DNA of 64,000 nt from Eledone cirrhosa (Eukaryota), in contig OZ024747.1 in NCBI GenBank assembly GCA_964016885.1, positions 57,474,001 to 57,538,000 of the forward strand, read 5' to 3'. Below the pieces are notes generated by a model. That model did not search any database. It was not told the DNA's origin and worked only from the letters and a program-made list of their open reading frames with translations. This document shows, one piece after another, positions 12,911-25,156 of the stretch. A program made the position numbers and the translations under genes. Positions within the stretch are counted from its first letter, which is position 1, and every line of letters begins with the position of its first letter.

Positions 12911-13221
12911 CCTACACACTACGTGAGAGCTATTTTCCAACTCGATGGCAAGAAACAGCAGATACGAACTCATTTGATATTGTAAGAAGTAACATCATCT
13001 GCCACATACATAAATATTTTAGATATTCAAAATAACATCTCAATTGCCACATAAGAGAATAACATGAAAAATCTAATGAAAAACATAACTTTATAAAAAT
13101 CAACAACACCATTTACATTTGCAAGAAAAGAAAGTGTAACAACAACAGCAAGAGTAATGAAGACAAAAGGAAGAAGAAGAAGAAGAAGAAGAAGAAGAAG
13201 AAGAAGAAGAAGAAGAAGAAG

Positions 13222-13301
<80 letters not shown>

Positions 13302-13769
13302 GTAGAAGAAGAAGAAAAAGAAGAAATTGAAACATATCTAAGCGAGTTGATCATTAACAAGACCAAACTACTCTACAATCGAACACACGGACATCAAACA
13401 TAATTACACACGCATACATATATACACGTACACACACACCTGGTAATTCCTCTCCTAAATTATTCTCTACGTATTAAAAAGGAAAATTCATGTGATTTCT
13501 GAACTGCAATACTTTAGCGGGAAACCCATTCATAATGTTTAGATTGCATCAGCCCAAAGCTGACATACGTACACACACTTCATTGACTTATGCATTAAAC
13601 AAAAGGAAGATGCAACATGTGTATATGTATTGGTTCTCCGTCGGTTTCGATGATGAGTCTTCTAGTTATTCGAATAATGGAAAAAAAAACCTGCTCGTGA
13701 ACGAGCAAGTGATCAGTAGTGTCACAAACACGTGTCCCTTAATGTAGTTCTTAGGGAGATCCAATATCA

Positions 13770-13832
13770 CCGTCCACCACCACCACCACCACCAACAACA
13801 ACAACATCATTAAAACCACCACCACGACCACC

Positions 13833-13864
<32 letters not shown>

Positions 13865-13983
13865 CATCATTAAAACCACCACCACCACCACCAACAACAT
13901 CATTAAACCCCCCCACCAACAACAACAACATCATTAAAACCACCACCATCACCAACAACAACAACATCATTAAAACCACCACC

Positions 13984-14014
<31 letters not shown>

Positions 14015-14106
14015 TCATTATTAAAACCACCCACACCCCCACCACCACCACCACCACCAACAACATCATTAAAACCACCACCACCACCACCACCACCACC
14101 ACCACC

Positions 14107-14138
<32 letters not shown>

Positions 14139-15505
14139 CAACAACATCATTAAAACCACCTCCACCCCACCCCCACCACCAACAACAACAACATCATTAA
14201 AACCACCACCACCACCACCACCACCACCAACAACAACAACATCATTAAAACCACCCTCACCCCCACCACTACCACCACCAACAACAACAACATCATTGAA
14301 CCCCCACCCCCACCCCACCACCACCACCAACAACAACAACAGAACTACCACCACCACCGACAACACAACCACCAACAACACCACTACCAACAGTAACACC
14401 AACACTAACAACACAACCACAATCAAGACCATTAGCAACACCACCAACAACAACATCGCCACCACCACCAACAACAACAACAACAAAACCACCAACAATA
14501 CAACCGGCAACAGTAACAGCAACAACACCACCACCACCACCAACAACACCAACAACAAAAATCATCAACAACACCACCAACAACAACACCTACACCACCA
14601 CCAACACCACCACCAACATCACCACCAACAACACTACCAACAACAACAAAACCACCAACAACAACACCACCAGCAACAGCAACACCACCACCACCACCAC
14701 CACCACCACCACCACCACCACCAACAAAAACAACAACAACAACAACAACATCATTAAAACCACCCCCATCCCCAACACCAACAACAACAGAACTACCACC
14801 ACCACCACCACCACCACCACCACCACACCACCACCAACATCAACACCACCACCACCAACACCACCAACATCACCACCAACAACACCACCAACAACAACAC
14901 CTACACCACCACCACCACCGCCACCACCACCACCACCAACATCAACACCACCACCACCAACAACACCACCAACACCACCACCACCAACCCCCCCCCCCCA
15001 CCAGCATCAACACCACCACCAACAACAACAACACCACCACCACCACCACCACCAACATCAACACCACCACCACCAACAACACCACCAACACCACCACCAC
15101 CAACAACACCCCCCCCCCCCAGCATCAACACCACCACCACCAACAACACCACCAACAACACCACCACCAACAACACCCCCCCCCCCAGCATCAACACCAC
15201 CACCAACAACAACAACACCACCAACAACACCACCAACAACACCACCACCAACAACACCCCCCCCCCCAGCATCAACACCACCACCAACAACAACACCACC
15301 ACCAACAACACCACCAACACCACCACCACCAACAACACCCCCCACCCCCCACCAGCATCAACACCACCACCACCAACAACACCACCAACAACACCACCAC
15401 CAACAACACCTACCCCCCCCCCCCCCCCCAGCATCAACACCACCACCAACAACAACAACACCACCAACAACACCACCAACAACACCACCACCAGCAACAG
15501 CAAAA
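13770..15505. repeat. (CAC/CAA)n compound array with catcattaaaac and cccagcatcaac higher-order units
   Basis: Directly visible. Confidence 0.9.
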
Positions 15506-15536
15506 GCATCGTTTTTTTTTTGTTGTTTTTTTTTTC

Positions 15537-16389
15537 GACACCCAGAGATGTAAGACCCGCCCTACATCTCCGGAAGTTACTTCTCATGGCGGGTGATGTC
15601 GAGTCGAACCCTGGCCCATCCTGCGCGGGATGTTCCAGGACGATCCGACAAGACTTCGTGTCCATTTCCTGCTCGACTTACCGACGTATCTTCCACAGGA
15701 TCTGCAGCGGCCTGACTCGAATACAGAAAAGAGTCCTCAAAGGTTCTGTGGCTTCTGTCGGGGAGATAATGTCGTGCCTAACATCTGTCCTGCAGCGATC
15801 TCCATTCGCCGATGTCAAATCTGCCATGCAAAAATTCGTTCAGACAATACCCCCCTCTTTTGCTCTACATGTCCCTAACACTGCCCATAAACGGTGTACG
15901 GAAGACAACTAGCAGATAAACTCGCAAAGCAGGGCTCCTCATTTCCACAACCGAACACCCCCGCTGACCATGCCACGAGGCAAGCTCTCATCAAAAGGGA
16001 GTGTAGACCAGCACTCTTCACCCCCGAGATAACTATCCAAACCTTCAGCAAACCGCCGGACGAGAGAGTCTAAAACGCTATAGACAAGGCTGATCTCACC
16101 CACCTTACCCGCTTCAGAAGTGGGCACCATCCAGCACTTCGCAGGTGGCAGCTACAGACTGACAGATGTGGAGACAGCACTTGCAGACTCTGCGGTGAAG
16201 AGGCGGAGGAGTCTGAACACCTCTGGCTACGATGCCCTGCATTGGCGATCGAGAGATACCATCACCAACTCGGCATATCCTTAGAGGACTTAGTCCGTCT
16301 CCCAGTCGCATCTCTAGCGCTTCTGAGGAGGATCCTCAGGCGCCTGAGGTGAATAAGAAAAAAAAACAACAGCAACAACACCACCACCA
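15537..16389 (+). mobile_element. Internally deleted Ingi/Vingi-like non-LTR retrotransposon (2A peptide, two PHD fingers, C-terminal CCHC, (AAC)n tail)
   Basis: LLLMAGDVESNPGP at about 15577-15618; two frameshifted PHD-like Cys clusters; frame 16083-16352 reads LTRFRSGHH...CRLCGEEAEESEHLWLRCP...stop; no endonuclease or RT between them. Confidence 0.75.
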
Positions 16390-16391
16390 GG

Positions 16392-16545
16392 TAAGTTCGG
16401 CGGGATTTGAACCCAGACTGTAAAGGGCCGTGACTCTATGCTGCAAAGCGTGGTGTCTGACTCTCTACCGATACTACCAATCCACCGCCATTCAGTAAGA
16501 ATAATAATTGTTTCTACTTTAGGCACAAGGCCAGCAATTACCCAG
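16392..16545 (-). mobile_element. OK-like tRNA-SINE fragments (head of one copy, tail of another)
   Basis: Matches the family consensus seen at 58560-58740. Confidence 0.75.
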
Positions 16546-16799
16546 TAAGAATAAGAATAATTTCATTTATTGGCCACAAGGACCGGCATGCAGGGGACAG
16601 TACAAAGACACGGACCGTGGGGGGTTACAATAAGATCGTGTAAAAGTGCACAATGGCAAAAACACATTTTAACAATGAAAATATATAAAATAAGAATAAG
16701 ACGAAGTCATGACAAGAAGAAAGACAAGCAAAGGAAGAAGATAAAAGAGAAGGAAAAGAAGCAAAAGAAGACAGAGAAGAAACATGAAAAGACAGAAAG

Positions 16800-17100
16800 T
16801 GAAGAAGAAGAAGAAGAAGAAGAAGAAGAAGAAGAAGAAGAAGAAGAAGAAAGCAGCAACAGAAAAAATAAGAAAAATAAGAAGAGCAACAACAACAATA
16901 AAAAGAAAAAGGAGAGCAGCAACAAAACAAGAAGAAGAAGAAGAAGAAGAAGAAGAAGAAGAAGAAGAAGAAAGCAGCAACAGAAAAAATAAGAAAAATA
17001 AGAAGAGCAACAACAACAATAAAAAGAAAAAGGAGAGCAGCAACAAAACAAGAAGAAGAAGAAGAAGAAGAAGAAGAAGAAAATGAAGAAGAAGAAGAAG
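16800..17100. repeat. (GAA)n-containing ~121-bp tandem duplication
   Basis: aagcagcaacagaaaaaataag...aacaaaacaa appears twice. Confidence 0.85.
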
Positions 17101-17294
17101 ACACTAAAACATAACTAATCGAGATGATCATTAACAAGACCAGACTACTCTACAACCTAACACACATGAAACACACACAGAAACACAACTACTCACTGTT
17201 ACACACACACACACGTACACGCATACACGCAGAAAAGCACAATGGAGCACGCGTACACAAAAACACATACATACACTGAAGCCTGAACGCACTT

Positions 17295-17878
17295 ACACAC
17301 ACACACAGAGAAATACACTTCAATACACATAGACACACACGCACACACAGAGAAACACACTCACAAACACATAGACACACACATACACACAGAGAAACAC
17401 ACACAAACACATATACACACACATACACACAGAGAAACACACTCGCAGACACATAGACACACACATACACACACAGAGAAACACACTCGCAGACACATAG
17501 ACACACACACACAAACAGAAACACACTCACAGACACATAGACACACACACACACACACATAAACACACTTCAATACACATAGACACACACACAGAGAAAC
17601 ACACTCACAGACACACACACAGAGAAACACACTTCAATACACATAGACACACACGCACACACAGAGAAACACACTCACAGACACATAGACACACACACAC
17701 AGAGAAACACACTCACAGACACATACACACACAAACAGAGAAACACACTCACAGACACATACACACACAAACAGAGAAACACACTCACAAACACATAGAC
17801 ACACACACACAGAGAGAAACACACTTCAATACACATAGACACACACACACACGCACACACAGAGAAACACACTAACAG

Positions 17879-17909
<31 letters not shown>

Positions 17910-17970
17910 CACACTCACACACACACACACAGATACATAGACACACACACACACACACACACACACAGAC
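17295..17970. repeat. CA-rich minisatellite (~36-40-bp unit, acagagaaacacact...)
   Basis: Directly visible. Confidence 0.85.
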
Positions 17971-18073
17971 GTAGACACACGCATGCACCGCTATTTTTGA
18001 ATTCTTTTTAATGAACTTCAGTTTTCATCTTCATCTCTCTGCCTCTTCTTCTTGTCTCAACCTTCACACAACT

Positions 18074-18074
18074 A

Positions 18075-18125
<51 letters not shown>

Positions 18126-18134
18126 TATCATCAC

Positions 18135-18178
<44 letters not shown>

Positions 18179-18774
18179 CCATTATCACATCATCATCATC
18201 ATTATCATCATCATCACCATCATCATCATCACCACCACCACCATCATCATCATCATCACCACCACCACCACCATCATCATCATCATCTTCATCATCATCC
18301 CATTAATCATCATCATCACCACCATCAGCACCATCCTCTCTCCTACTCATCATCATCATCGTAATCATCATCATCACCATCATCACCATCATCATCATGA
18401 TCGTGATTATCACCATCATCACTATCACTATCATGATGATAGTGATAGTGATGATGATCATGATTACGATCATGATGATGATGGTGATGATAATGACGAT
18501 GATGATGATGAGTAGGAGGGAGGATGGTGCTGATGGTGGTGATGATGATGATTAATGGGATGATGATGAAGATGATGATGATGATGATGATGATGATGGT
18601 GGTGGTGATCATCATCATCATCATCAGCAGCTTCAGGATCAAGCTCATGAACATTGTCACCCCCACCCCCCACCACTATCAGGATCATCAACCACCACTA
18701 CCTCTACCATAACCACCACCACCACCACCACCACCACCAACAACAACAACACCATCACCACCATCACCCTCACC

Positions 18775-18806
<32 letters not shown>

Positions 18807-18831
18807 CAACAACACCACCGCAACCACCATC

Positions 18832-18863
<32 letters not shown>

Positions 18864-18888
18864 CACCATCACCACCATCACCCTCACC

Positions 18889-18920
<32 letters not shown>

Positions 18921-18981
18921 CAACAACACCACCGCAACCACCCTCACCACCACCACCACCACCACCACCACCATCATCATC

Positions 18982-19012
<31 letters not shown>

Positions 19013-19323
19013 CCAGCACCACCATCACCCTCACCACCACCACCACCACCACCACCACCACCACCACCACCACCACCAACAACAACACCGCAACCACCCT
19101 CACCACCACCACCAGCACCACCATCATCATCACCCCCCCACACACACAACCACCACCACCACCACCAACAACAACAACACCAGCACCACCATCACCCTCA
19201 CCACCACCACCACACCCACCACCACCAACAACAACACCACCACCACCACCCCCACAACCACCACCACCACCACCAACAACAACAACACCAGCACCACCAT
19301 CACCCTCACCACCACCACCACAC

Positions 19324-19354
<31 letters not shown>

Positions 19355-19394
19355 CACCACCGCAACCACCACCACCACCACCACCACCACCACC

Positions 19395-19426
<32 letters not shown>

Positions 19427-19508
19427 CACCAGCACCACCATCACCCTCACCACCACCACCACACCCACCACCACCATCATCACCACCACCACCAACAACA
19501 ACACCACC

Positions 19509-19540
<32 letters not shown>

Positions 19541-19586
19541 CACCAGCACCACCATCACCCTCACCACCACCACCACCACCACAACC

Positions 19587-19622
<36 letters not shown>

Positions 19623-19696
19623 CCGCAACCACCACCACCACCACCACCACACCCACCACCACCATCATCACCACCACCACCAACAACAACACCACC

Positions 19697-19728
<32 letters not shown>

Positions 19729-19774
19729 CACCAGCACCACCATCACCCTCACCACCACCACCACCACCACAACC

Positions 19775-19813
<39 letters not shown>

Positions 19814-19945
19814 CCGCAACCACCACCACCACCACCACCACACCCACCACCACCATCATCACCACCACCACCAACAACAACACCACCACCACCACCACCA
19901 CCACCACCAACAACAACAACACCAGCACCACCATTACCATCATCT
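18074..19945. repeat. (CAT)n/(ATG)n and (CAC/CAA)n compound arrays, including a fold-back at 18270-18600
   Basis: Directly visible. Confidence 0.9.
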
Positions 19946-20700
19946 GTAACTTTTATTCTCTTTTTCTCTTTTTTTTTTATTTCTTCATCGCATTATTATT
20001 GTTACTATTATTATTGTTGTTGTTGTTGCTGTTGTTGTTGCTATTATTCACTTCTCACACCTAATTTTCTTTCCCTTTTCAGTATTTCTTCGATACGGAA
20101 TTATTCTATCCAATCAGAGTCACATCACATGTGAAGAAAACAAAAACAAAACAAAACAAAACACAAAAACGATAACAAACAAGAAACGCAAAAACAAAAA
20201 CAAAAACAAAACATACACAACAAAAAATCGAAAGAAGGAAAACAAAAAAAAAATAAAAAGTGAAATAAATAAAAGCTCAAACGAAAAAAGAAACAAGGTA
20301 AAACAAACAAACAAACAAACAAACAAACAAATAAATAAATAAATAAATAGATAAATAAATAAATAAATAAATAAATAAGTAAATAAATAAATAAGTAAAT
20401 ACAAGCTGGAACGAAACACGAAACTTCCAAACTAGAAAATCTAGTAATAAAGTGAATAGTAGATTGGTTCATTTCACCAGTTCAGTGTTAAAGTGTCGTT
20501 CACCGTTGAACGTTGTCGAGCTTGGTTAGAAAAATTCCTGCTGATTACCCCAACCAATTGAAACACAAAAAATCAATAAATCTTATCGACCTTATTTTCA
20601 TTCTCATATACTTCATCACACTGTATACCTCTCTATGAGGTTCATTAAAATAACCAATGAACAAATAATACAAACAACATCATCAATAATTACAACAACA

Positions 20701-20845
<145 letters not shown>

Positions 20846-21181
20846 ACCAAAGATTAATATAGTTCATTGATTACTCAATGAATATAGTTTTACAATAGAT
20901 TAAAAGCACTCTACAGTAGGTTTTCTGAAGTTATTAATATTATTCAGAATATTAATAAATGAAGACATTCACATAATCAAAATATATGTTATATATATAT
21001 ACTGCCAATACTGGAATTAAACTATCAAGACCGTTGAGGTATGTCATACATCAATTCGTGTATTTTATCTGACGAGGACGTACTGAAAAAACAACACAGT
21101 ACCTTCGAAATATATATAATAAAACATATATTTTGATTAAGTAAATGTCTTCATTTATTAATATTCTGAATAATATGTATG

Positions 21182-21214
<33 letters not shown>

Positions 21215-21304
21215 AAAAGGTAAACGGAAAAAAACAAAACAAAGAAACAGCACAGTACATGGAAGAAATATATTAGTTTAACGCTTAAAATAGAAGAAAG
21301 AGAG

Positions 21305-21340
21305 TCTTAACGTTTTGGACACTAGTCTTTCATCAGAAGA
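21305..21340 (-). ncRNA. Minimal type I HHR remnant (GAAA changed to AAAA)
   Basis: Minus strand reads tctt-CTGATGA-aagactagtgtcc-AAAA-cg-TT-aaga. Confidence 0.5.
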
Positions 21341-21478
21341 TAGAGTTAGAAATAGAAGATAAATAGAAAGTGAAGCGCGATAAGTGGAATGAACGGGGAA
21401 ATGAGAAAAAAAAACGGGGAGAAAAACACACACGTGTGTATTCAGTCGGCCATCTCTCTCTCTCTGTATATATATATG

Positions 21479-21533
<55 letters not shown>

Positions 21534-21541
21534 ATATATAT

Positions 21542-22065
21542 ATTAGTATTGGTGCTCTGAAATAGCGATGTATACATGAATGTATGTATAGTATATTCGG
21601 CAATATACCGTATGTTTAATTAAAACACATTTAGAAGACCATGCGCTATCAGTTTTAAAGTAGTGACTATGTCACTTCTTTTCAGCGAAAGAAGGGAGAG
21701 AAGCTGACAGTCTGTTTCACGCTGGTTGGCGTTCATCAGAGCCACGTACCCCCCTGCTTTTGCCGAAAATTATAGGAGCTGGATTCTTATAGAATTCCAG
21801 TAATAACCAGGAGCTGTTTATACAGAGCGATCGCCGGTGCAGCAAAAATTAGGTATTAGGACTGGTGCTCTGAAATAGCGATGTATACGTGAATTTATGT
21901 ATAGTATATTTGGCGATATATCGTATGGTTAATTAAAAACACTTTGAAGACCATTCACTTGTTTTTGCCGAGAATAAGTAAGTGACATAGTCGCTTCTTT
22001 CAAACTCATAGCGAATGGTCTTCAAAATGGTTTTAATTAAACATACAGTATATTGCCAAATATAC

Positions 22066-22068
<3 letters not shown>
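21542..22068 (-). mobile_element. Non-autonomous PLE/retrozyme-like element: 313-bp period direct repeat + inverted arm + HHR, in (TA)n
   Basis: tggtgctctgaaatagcgatgtatac at 21550 and 21863; 21980-22068 is the inverse of 21590-21680. Confidence 0.75.
21702..21742 (-). ncRNA. Minimal type I hammerhead ribozyme
   Basis: Minus strand reads gct-CTGATGA-acgc(caacca)gcgt-GAAA-cagactg-TC-agc; GUC cleavage triplet. Confidence 0.85.
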
Positions 22069-22106
<38 letters not shown>

Positions 22107-22107
<1 letters not shown>

Positions 22108-22395
22108 AATATAGATGAGATTCTACAAGACTAGAACTGTTTCATTCTTTAGAAATCATCAGGAATCTGGCTTTCAAAAATAAATGTTGTGGTATTTATC
22201 CCCACCCTCTCCTACCACCTGAAAAGATATAAATACCACAACATTTATTTTGGAAAGCCAGATTCCTGATGATTTCTAAAGAATGAAACAGTTCTAGTCC
22301 TGTAGAATCTCATCTATATTAACACTTTTATACTCTGCTATGTATTGAGTACTTTACTTACTGTGGTTACTTCCGATTCAACCTGCAATAACTTA
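22107..22395 (+). mobile_element. Fold-back PLE-derived element with two inverted HHR copies
   Basis: ~95-bp arms at 22107-22200 and 22227-22323; flanked by (TA)n. Confidence 0.8.
22260..22310 (+). ncRNA. Minimal type I hammerhead ribozyme (mirror copy at 22118-22168, minus strand)
   Basis: agattc-CTGATGA-tttctaaagaat-GAAA-cag(ttctagtc)ctg-TA-gaatct. Confidence 0.85.
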
Positions 22396-22478
22396 CATAT
22401 ATATATATATATTAGAAAGTGAGGTTTTTTTTTACAAAATGAAAAAAAAAAACGAGGTGTATAACACGAGTGAAAGTA

Positions 22479-22749
22479 TAAGGAAAAAAGATGAAATCGA
22501 AAATGCAACTGGAATCTTTTTTTATAAAAAATATATATTTCTTTGGTTCCTTTACCGGTTTCGCAGTTCTTCTGCTTTTCAAAAGTAGAGTTGAGATGGA
22601 GTGTTTGTGGTTTTTCTCGAAACACCACAAACCCTCCATCTCAATTCTACTTTTGAAAAGCAGAAGAACTGCGAAACCGGTAAAGGAACCAAAGAAATAT
22701 ATATTTAAAAAAAAAAGACTCCAGTAGCATTTTCGATTTCATCTTTTTG

Positions 22750-22756
<7 letters not shown>
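22479..22756. repeat. ~137-bp-arm near-perfect palindrome in (TA)n, with an HHR 3' half (gcGAAAccggTA)
   Basis: Arms are reverse-complementary around ~22618. Confidence 0.85.
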
Positions 22757-22830
<74 letters not shown>

Positions 22831-24410
22831 TAGAGATAAAGATGTTTAATCTAGGAACAAGACCTGGAATTTGTGGGGAGAGGAAAGATGATTATATGTG
22901 ATTGATACTTTATTTTATCGAGTCCGGGAAGATGAAAGGCACAGTTGATCTTGTCAAGATTGGAACTCGGAATTTAAAAGCAAAACACGTTATCTTCAAT
23001 TAGGCATTCGGGCCTACGCCTTTCTTATTGTCATGTACCTTGTGTAATATCCGAAAGACTACGATCGCCAATGCAAGCGGCTGAAATGCAGTTCTTCTGA
23101 ATTGTATTTGGAGTAACCTTACTCAACAGGTTTCATGGCTCAAAGATAACAGAACCGTTCTAGGTAGAGTCGCTATTTCTCTAAATCGAGAAATCACAAC
23201 TCCGATACAACAGATATGTGGTTAGAATATTTAATAAAAGAAATACACCACATACTTTATACGTCGAAGAAGAAGAAGAAGAAGAAGAAGAAGAAGAATG
23301 AATTCATGTAAGCTATTGGGTGTGGCCAAGAGAAGAGATTGAATGTGGGGTAATGGTTGGTAGTTGAGAGTTATGTAGTAGTATGGCCAAACACTAGCTG
23401 GTTAACTGTAATTGACTTAGCAGATAGGTAGATTGAGAAGATGAATAACAAATACATATAACTAAATATGAATACTTAAGATTCTTTGAAAACAATTCTG
23501 TGGTTGGAGGCGGGAGTATTTACTATATAATTAATAAATATGGACATCTGCGTGTGTGCGTTTGTGTGTGGGAGTGTGTATGTGTGAGAGTGTGTGTATG
23601 TTAATGTATGTAGGACTGGATTTAATGGGGGGAAAGGCAGCAATGTCCCGGGCTCCCCGCAGTGGCTGGCCACACCACTGACATCCATAGCAATTTATTT
23701 GTGCCCCTTTTAGTTTTTGCATGGTTAGAAATTTTGTATAACTTTTCAATTCTAATTACTTGCGCCAACCTAACTTTGATATGTAAATTTTTCTTTGGTG
23801 GGATTTTGTGTATTCTATTTGTTTTTTTGTTGTTTTTGAGCCCCCCCCCCTCTTCCCGCAAACCTTAGTGCCCTGAGTCCCCAAGATCTAAGCCCAACCC
23901 TGTGTGTATGTGTGTGTGTGGGTGTGTATGTGAGTGTGTGTATAGAAAATGTATTTATGTGGGTGAATGTGAAGATGGTGACATTTTAATCTATATTTAG
24001 GTAAGACTATACAGACGTGGTAAGACTATACAGACGTGGCTGAGAGGTTAAGTAATTCGCTTCACTATGATGAGGTCAGGTGTTGGGTTCCACTGCTTAT
24101 GATTTGGGACAAGTGTTTTTATTAGATTCCCAGGTCGATGAAAGATGTTTTACATGTGGCAATGGTAGACTGAAACTCTATGGAAGACCGTCGAATGGAT
24201 TATATCTGTAATTCAACAGAGTATCCCTGATACAATGACGATCCTTGATAACTACATTTATAAAACACGTGTTTGTGGAATACCCAGCTACTTTGCATGC
24301 CAGTTCATAGCACAAGTCTTTCAGTTGATCAAAATGTCGGTGGACGTTTCTCTATTATTCTCGATGGGCGGTATCAGATTCATAATATATAAGACGTAGT
24401 TACACACACA

Positions 24411-24480
<70 letters not shown>

Positions 24481-24922
24481 ATTCCAATCTAGCTTCAGGC
24501 ATAGTTGTATACAGTTATGTATTGGAATTATTATTTCTGAAGAAACACGGTATGTTTAAAATAAACATTTAGAGAGCCGTAACTATGCCGCAGACGTTAC
24601 TCTGTTAGTTGAGATTTTAAAAAACTATCTGAATGGAAACAATAAATGAGTATTGATGTACATATTGGTCCGGCAAACCAAAGATGTGTGTTCGTGTCCC
24701 ATGTAGGTCAATACTCATCCTTTTTTCCATTCAGAGAGTTTTTTTTTTAAATACCAATTAACAGACTAATTCTATGTAGTCAAATACGGCATAAGCACAT
24801 GTTACTACCTAATTTTCAAATTCGCTAGCCGTTTGTAAACAAAGCCTGCTTTGTGTCTCCCTAATTAAATGCATATATATATACCTGCTATGGTTATATA
24901 GCTTCTAATTGAATGGAAGGGT

Positions 24923-24993
24923 GGCATGTTGGTGTAATGGTAACACATTGGTCCCACAAACCAATGATATGGGTTCGTGTCCCATGTATGTCA
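24923..24993 (+). pseudogene. tRNA-like cloverleaf (anticodon CAC, Val-like) embedded in a repeat; non-canonical
   Basis: GGCATGT-TG-GTGT(AATGGTA)ACAC-A-TTGGT(CCCACAA)ACCAA-TGAT-ATGGG(TTCGTGT)CCCAT-GTATGTC-A; C33 and T58 deviate from canonical. Partial second copy at 24661-24711. Confidence 0.65.
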
Positions 24994-25077
24994 TTCCATT
25001 CAGAGTTTTTTTTTAAATCTCAACTTACGTCGTAAGTACGTTACTACCTAATACACATATACATATTTATTTATATA

Positions 25078-25120
<43 letters not shown>

Positions 25121-25156
25121 CTATATATATACATATAAATAAATATATATATATAA

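Noticed and set aside
13732-15665. Pro/Thr/Gly/Val-rich ORFs
   Set aside because: CAC/CAA triplet arrays.
24923-24993. Functional tRNA-Val(CAC) gene
   Set aside because: C33, T58 and three G-U pairs in the acceptor stem; embedded in a duplicated repeat. Kept only as tRNA-like.
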